Source: Gloeobacterales cyanobacterium (GTDB lineage: Bacteria > Cyanobacteriota > Cyanobacteriia > Gloeobacterales > PMM-0068). Taken from it: a DNA stretch of 64,000 nucleotides. The DNA lies in assembly GCA_038245785.1 (NCBI GenBank), contig JBBRSB010000002.1, forward strand, positions 224,001 through 288,000, in the 5' to 3' direction. Made by a program: the position numbers and the translations under genes. Under the pieces are notes generated by a model, which made no database searches, was not told where the DNA came from, and saw only the letters and a program-made list of their open reading frames with translations. Below are positions 58,688 to 64,000 of this stretch, piece after piece; position 1 is the first letter of the stretch; each line of letters starts with the position of its first letter.

Positions 58688-60196
58688 ATGACCCGCGACC
58701 TGCGTTCTTTCCTGCAGCTTCTTGAGAGCAAAGGCCAACTGCGCCGCATTGATGCCCTCGTCGATGGGGAACTAGAAATCACTGAAATCACAGAACGGAT
58801 GCTTCGCTGTGGAGGTCCGGCCTTGCTCTTTGAGCGGGTAAAAGGTTCTCCGTTTCCGATTGCGGTCAACGTGATGGGGACAGTACAGCGGGTCGTCTTA
58901 GCGATGGGCATGGACTCCCAGCAAGAACTAGAAGATTTAGGGACGAAGTTAGGCAAACTCCAGAAACCCAAACCGCCCAAAGGCATTCAGGAAGCACTCG
59001 ATTTTGCATCGGTGCTCTTTGATGTGGTGAAAGCAAAACCAGGACGGGTGCTCTTTAATGCTCCTTGTCAAGAAGTGGTTCTAACCAAGGACCAAGTAGA
59101 TCTGAATTTGATTCCGATGATGCGCCCTTGGCCTAAAGATGCGGGACGGAATCTGACCCTAGGCTTAGTCATGACCAAAGACCCTGAAGACGGCACGCCC
59201 AATGTAGGCATTTATCGCCTACAGCAGCAATCTAAAAACACGATGACCGTCCACTGGCTATCGGTGCGCGGGGGAGCCAGACATCTACGCAAAGCAGCGC
59301 AGATGGGGAAGAAGCTGGATATTGCCATTGCCGTTGGCGTAGACCCCCTCTTGATCATGGCGGCGGCCACACCCATTCCCGTGGAGCTTTCCGAGTGGCT
59401 TTTCGCCGGACTCTATGCGGGAGAAGGAGTCAAGTTGACTCAGTGCAAAGGGTCGGACCTCTTAGTTCCTGCTTATGCTGAGTTCGTTCTTGAAGGGACG
59501 ATTACCCCTGGAGAAATGGCGGTCGATGGTCCTTTTGGAGACCACATGGGTTATTACGGCCTAGAGGAAGAATCACCTCTGGTCCGCTTCCACACGATCA
59601 CCCATCGGAAAAATCCGATTTACATGACCACCTATTCTGGTCGGCCTCCAAAAGAAGAAGCGATGATGGCGATTGCGCTGAATCGGATCTATACGCCTCT
59701 GTTGCGCCAGCAGGTACCGGAGATTAAAGATTTCTTCTTGCCGATGGATGCCTTGAGCTACAAAATGGCGGTCATTTCTATTGACAAAGCTTATCCAGGT
59801 CAAGCCCGCAGAGCGGCGATGGCTTTTTGGACCGCCTTAGTTCAGTTCACCTATACCAAGTTTGTAGTCGTAGTCGATAAAGACATCAATATCCGCGATC
59901 CAGCCCAGGTTTTGTGGGCGATTAGTTCGAAAGTAGACCCCGAACGAGATGTGTTTATCATTGCCGATACGCCCTTTGATTCGTTAGATTTTGCCTGCCC
60001 GAAGATTGGCATCGGTTCTCGTATGGGTATTGATGCCACCACCAAAATTCCTCCAGAAACGGACCATCCTTGGGGTGAACCTTTAGCGATGGATGAAGAT
60101 GTAAAAAATCTGGTTTCTCGACGCTGGGCAGAATATGGTTTGAACGATATCAAACTGGATGAGGTTGATGCACGAGCGTGGGGATATTTTGGTTAG
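58688..60196 (+). CDS. ubiD: UbiD-family prFMN decarboxylase (plastoquinone pathway)
   Basis: PNVGIYRLQ, EGTITPGE, DGPFGDHMGYY and MGIDATTK. Confidence 0.94.
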   Translation: MTRDLRSFLQLLESKGQLRRIDALVDGELEITEITERMLRCGGPALLFERVKGSPFPIAVNVMGTVQRVVLAMGMDSQQELEDLGTKLGKLQKPKPPKGIQEALDFASVLFDVVKAKPGRVLFNAPCQEVVLTKDQVDLNLIPMMRPWPKDAGRNLTLGLVMTKDPEDGTPNVGIYRLQQQSKNTMTVHWLSVRGGARHLRKAAQMGKKLDIAIAVGVDPLLIMAAATPIPVELSEWLFAGLYAGEGVKLTQCKGSDLLVPAYAEFVLEGTITPGEMAVDGPFGDHMGYYGLEEESPLVRFHTITHRKNPIYMTTYSGRPPKEEAMMAIALNRIYTPLLRQQVPEIKDFFLPMDALSYKMAVISIDKAYPGQARRAAMAFWTALVQFTYTKFVVVVDKDINIRDPAQVLWAISSKVDPERDVFIIADTPFDSLDFACPKIGIGSRMGIDATTKIPPETDHPWGEPLAMDEDVKNLVSRRWAEYGLNDIKLDEVDARAWGYFG

Positions 60197-60216
60197 CCAG
60201 GTTTTGCCCATAAGGT

Positions 60217-60351
60217 TCATTTTTTCTTGTTTTTGGAGCGTTGAGACATTGCCTTCCTCTCTTCGGCTATCAATTCAGCGGTCCTTGCCTGGATTCTTTC
60301 CTGCCGCTCTTTTGGCAGTCGGTTCATCATCTCCTCCAATGTTTTGCCCAT
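60217..60351 (-). pseudogene. N-terminal fragment of an XRE/HigA-like antitoxin lacking its HTH
   Basis: MGKTLEEMMNRLPKERQERIQARTAELIAEE...* with RBS AAGGAG. It resembles the N-terminus of XRE antitoxins and stops before the HTH. Confidence 0.55.
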
Positions 60352-60362
60352 TTTTATCTCCT

Positions 60363-61706
60363 TCAGGGATGAGTATTCTTACTCAAGCGACGATAAACTT
60401 CTGCCAAAGCATCAGCATCTCCTACATTGCCGGGGAAAAGAACGACAGGCAGTAAGGGAAAACGAGGATGCACTTTAGGGGTGCAGACGACGGAACAGCC
60501 AGCTAAGACTTGACCTAGGAGTCGGGCTGCATCCAGAGCTAGTCCCTTACTCAGCACATCATTAGAAGTGATACCGCCCTTGCTGATTAAAAAGCCAATA
60601 TCCGTAGGCAAGCCACGCACCACATCCATCAACAGTCCTGACACCGCTTCTCCAAAATCTAGACGAGTCTGGGTATCGGGGAACGTTAATTCCTGTCGGC
60701 TGGTGAACACTACGGGCGTTTTCCCCTGGGCATGGGCTTCATAGACCTCTTGCAGTGTTTCATCCAGAACGGCTTCGCGCTCCTCTGGATCGAACAAGCG
60801 AGCCACCTTTACTTCTACAGGCACCGTTCCCGGTTCTTTCAGGAGTTGTTCGAGCTGCTCTGTGGTCTTTTTGACATGGGAACCAACCACTACCGCTCCT
60901 GGCTTACTGCCCCGCACATAGTTCGCCATATCCTCGGCCTGAATTGGCTGCGGAGGCAAAGCCGCTAAAGCAGTCAATAAACTGGCGGCACTACGAAATA
61001 GAAAACGCTTGCATCCGGTTCCGTCTTCGCGATGGGCAGCAGCCTGAAGTAGATCCTGAGCAAAACGATTCAGATCTTCCTGCCGTTCGGCATCAACAAC
61101 GGCGCATTGATTGTCTTTCAGTTTGAGCAAACGGTCTAAACTGCCTGCGCGAATATCAGATAGGAGAAATCGTTCTACCGCACTGTCCGGAATCCTGCCT
61201 TTGGTTTTCTCTTCCACATAGTCGGGTAGATAGCTGTGGCTATAGCCAAAAACTGAGTCATGAGCAAATTCTGTCTCATGAACAGGGGTATCCACCCCAT
61301 CCACCAGCAAATAGTGAACACTGTCTCGTGTAGTGCGTCCCCCTTCAAAAAAGGCTGGCACCAGAAAATGGGCATCAAAAGGCCCTAATTCTTCGGCTAT
61401 CACATCCGTCTCCACCGGGTAGTGACCGCGTAGGGTAGAGTCTGAACGACTAACCACCAGAAAATCCTGAATTCCTTCTTGCTCAATCGCTATTTTCAGG
61501 TTGTGACAGACTTCCCGTGTGATAGCAGCAGCCTCGTCTGGAGAAACTGCCCTTGTATTGGTCAACACAAACATAATCGGGGAATCATCGGCCAGACCTA
61601 GTCTCAGCGTATCCACATCCCAGCGGGTTAATAACAGACAGCTATGAACGGTCTGAGAACCTGTTGGATCATCATCAAGTACGAGAATTTTCGGTCGTAG
61701 GTACAT
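60363..61706 (-). CDS. Four-carbon acid sugar kinase family protein (DUF1537)
   Basis: LDDDPTG, SRSDSTLRGH, KGGITS and FPGNVG. Confidence 0.93.
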   Translation of the reverse strand: MYLRPKILVLDDDPTGSQTVHSCLLLTRWDVDTLRLGLADDSPIMFVLTNTRAVSPDEAAAITREVCHNLKIAIEQEGIQDFLVVSRSDSTLRGHYPVETDVIAEELGPFDAHFLVPAFFEGGRTTRDSVHYLLVDGVDTPVHETEFAHDSVFGYSHSYLPDYVEEKTKGRIPDSAVERFLLSDIRAGSLDRLLKLKDNQCAVVDAERQEDLNRFAQDLLQAAAHREDGTGCKRFLFRSAASLLTALAALPPQPIQAEDMANYVRGSKPGAVVVGSHVKKTTEQLEQLLKEPGTVPVEVKVARLFDPEEREAVLDETLQEVYEAHAQGKTPVVFTSRQELTFPDTQTRLDFGEAVSGLLMDVVRGLPTDIGFLISKGGITSNDVLSKGLALDAARLLGQVLAGCSVVCTPKVHPRFPLLPVVLFPGNVGDADALAEVYRRLSKNTHP

Positions 61707-62026
61707 AGCAAAACGCTCAGTTCTAGGATTTTAGGCAGCTTATATGCGTTTATCATAGTTCTCATTGGCTAAAGAACTGGCTCCAAACTACCAACTTCTC
61801 CGCTCATTTTTTGAATGTATCGAATCAGACACAGGATTGTGTGTCCTAGAGGATAGCGTTTAATAAACGCGAATGAATATCACAGGGCGCTTACCTGCAG
61901 CCAAGCGATATATTTTTCCCAATATTGAAACCCCAGCAACATATTCCGAAAGCGAGACGCATAAACCAAATCAAGCATATTTGTTGCGCAAATCGCCTTG
62001 AACCTTTAACAGGAGTTAGTTAAGCA

Positions 62027-63427
62027 ATGAGAAATTTCAACAGTAGCAAGTCAATAATTTCTACTTTTTTATTCATTTCCATAGCTTTACTGGCAAGCTT
62101 ATTGCTACTTAAAAATGTAAATAAAACCAATTTTCATCCAGACGAACCCGGATGGATTGCATCAGGATATTACTACTCCAATTTACTATTAAACAGTAAT
62201 TTTGAATGGCAACAATGGGCGAAATGTCCCGATGTTCCAGGAGCTTTTCAATGTGGATTTTACAATAGTAACTACAATCCACATTTAGGACAATGGATTA
62301 TCGGAATTCCCTTGAAAACTTTTGCAGTAAAAGGCGAACGAGAATTCTTTGATTTTTATAATTTTGACAAATCTTTAGAAGAAAACAAAAAAGAGGGAAA
62401 TCTTCCACCACAGCCTGTTTTATCGCGTGCTAGAAGCATATCTGTAGTAATTGGAACTTTATGTTGCTTACTAATTTTTGCTATTGGTTATTATTCCAAT
62501 AATTTATGGATGGGAAGCATAGCAGCAATGCTCTTAATCTTTAATAAGCTATTCGTTACCTTAAGTACACAGGCGATGACAGATATTTCATATAACTTCT
62601 TTCTCCTTTGTGCTTATCTAGTCAGTATATTCTTACTGCGCCAATCTAAACTCCGTCATATCGTATTGATCAGTTTTCTCTATGGTGGTCTTATTGGATT
62701 AGCTTCTTCCGTGAAAATCATAGGAGTACTAGTTGGAGGACTATACTTCTTTTTGGTGATACTCTATAAAAAATTCGTCGGCGACCTGAAAGTGAAAGAT
62801 ACTGTAAAATGCCTGGCTGCTTTTTCTTTCTCGTCTCTATTCATAATCTATCTTATCAATCCTTACTTTTGGCCTTCCTTCAAAGAGATAAACATTGGAG
62901 AGACTATCCAGGAAGTAGCAAACTACTCCAAGGAAAAGGGAGGAAGAGAGATGCAGAAGGACAATTTTAGGAGTGAATATCCGCAACTTTCAAATTTTTC
63001 TCATGTATTAGAGTTTCCTCTTATGTTTGTCAGGATAAAACAAATAGGAGAGGAACAGGTGCAAGGAATTAAATCTGCCCAATGGGGAGAAAATCGCCTC
63101 GATACATTTAAGGAGACTTTTTTCAGAGAAAGTTCTAGTTTTCCCAAAGAATCCTATGTCTTAGTTCTAGGAATTGTCTTATTGGGGGGGAAACTAATAA
63201 ACTCTATTTATAGAAAAGAACTTTCTGAGAGTGTTCTCCCTCTCTTTTATTTCGGCGCAAATTTTATGTTTATTCTGTTGTTTATGACAGTTAATTTTGA
63301 TAGATATTATTTGCCGACGGTTATTGCCAGCAAATTCGTGGTCGCCGCAGGAATATATGAAGCAAGCCGACTGATTTGGGTTGCCCTGCGTAGATCCACA
63401 AAATTAATTTCTGCGCAGAGACAATAA
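62027..63427 (+). CDS. GT-C fold (PMT/ArnT-like) membrane glycosyltransferase
   Basis: TM followed by DE (HPDEP), NPHLG, multiple TMs and RYYLP; AT-rich. Confidence 0.72.
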   Translation: MRNFNSSKSIISTFLFISIALLASLLLLKNVNKTNFHPDEPGWIASGYYYSNLLLNSNFEWQQWAKCPDVPGAFQCGFYNSNYNPHLGQWIIGIPLKTFAVKGEREFFDFYNFDKSLEENKKEGNLPPQPVLSRARSISVVIGTLCCLLIFAIGYYSNNLWMGSIAAMLLIFNKLFVTLSTQAMTDISYNFFLLCAYLVSIFLLRQSKLRHIVLISFLYGGLIGLASSVKIIGVLVGGLYFFLVILYKKFVGDLKVKDTVKCLAAFSFSSLFIIYLINPYFWPSFKEINIGETIQEVANYSKEKGGREMQKDNFRSEYPQLSNFSHVLEFPLMFVRIKQIGEEQVQGIKSAQWGENRLDTFKETFFRESSSFPKESYVLVLGIVLLGGKLINSIYRKELSESVLPLFYFGANFMFILLFMTVNFDRYYLPTVIASKFVVAAGIYEASRLIWVALRRSTKLISAQRQ

Positions 63428-63578
63428 GTCTACAAGGGACCACTTCTGCATGATGGGCGAACATTCTCTCTCCCCTGCTTAAGTTCATCGGACGCAGATA
63501 ACTTTGCTTCTCACGGTCCATGTTGGGACATTTCGGTAAAGCCTTTATCCCAAGGCTCTATGATATCGTCGTGCCGAT

Positions 63579-63911
63579 TCACGCTAATCGTAAACCATTA
63601 GTTACTGTTTTATCCGGTATAGCTAGCACCACTGAACCATCTTGCTGCACAAAACCAGTTACTAAACACTCAGACATGAAAGAACCAATTTGTTTAGGTG
63701 GGAAATTGGTAATGGCAATAACTTGTTTACCGACAAGCTCAGACCATGCATAAAGAGCTGTTATTTGGGCAGAAGATTTTTTGATACCAAACTCACCAAA
63801 ATCTATGTTGAGCTTGTAAGCAGGTTTTCTTGCCTCTGGAAATTCCTGTGCTTCTATGATAGTTCCAACTCGAATTTCAACCGCCTCAAAGTCCTGCCGC
63901 GAGATCTGCAT
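63579..63911 (-). CDS. csaA: tRNA-binding / export chaperone CsaA
   Basis: IRVGTI...FPEARKPAY...SSAQIT...NFPPKQIG.FMSECLVTG. Confidence 0.93.
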   Translation of the reverse strand: MQISRQDFEAVEIRVGTIIEAQEFPEARKPAYKLNIDFGEFGIKKSSAQITALYAWSELVGKQVIAITNFPPKQIGSFMSECLVTGFVQQDGSVVLAIPDKTVTNGLRLA

Positions 63912-64000
63912 AGTTTTCTCAATCAACTACTACTAAGTATTGAATTTTAGACTGTAATGACCCCTTCCAGGACAGAAACGGTAGCTCCACAGTGGCAAGC

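Noticed and set aside
1..64000. Integrase, transposase, reverse transcriptase, cas genes or rRNA
   Set aside because: No ORF or sequence with the corresponding motifs was found in the window.

Overview
This is a cyanobacterial chromosomal window. A Gloeobacter-type PsaM and scarce HIP1 suggest a thylakoid-less Gloeobacterales lineage (inference). The left end (1-5 kb) is the tail of a defence/toxin-antitoxin island next to tRNA-Cys. It carries the end of a probable DUF1156 methylase, a PLD-SNF2 helicase (Gao 'restriction-like' type), MazEF, VapBC and a broken Uma2 gene. Housekeeping genes include smc, clpB, pyrF, hflX, ychF, psaM, ruvA, murQ, ubiD, csaA and tRNA-Gly. Accessory blocks are: a DUF2892-SQR-RND sulfide operon with a palindromic operator; a 2.8-kb cassette between two ~52-bp copies of an HNH gene 3' end, followed by a SWIM-SNF2 pair; a fossil tandem amplification that produced a matrixin protease family; an unannotated three-gene operon (X, Y, Y-X fusion); a partial secretin/ATPase/pilin cluster beside a secreted haloperoxidase-like enzyme; and several small repeat families, including 24-nt elements inserted in frame into genes. 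No CRISPR array, rRNA, integrase or transposase was seen. All family assignments come from motif recognition by eye, not database searches.
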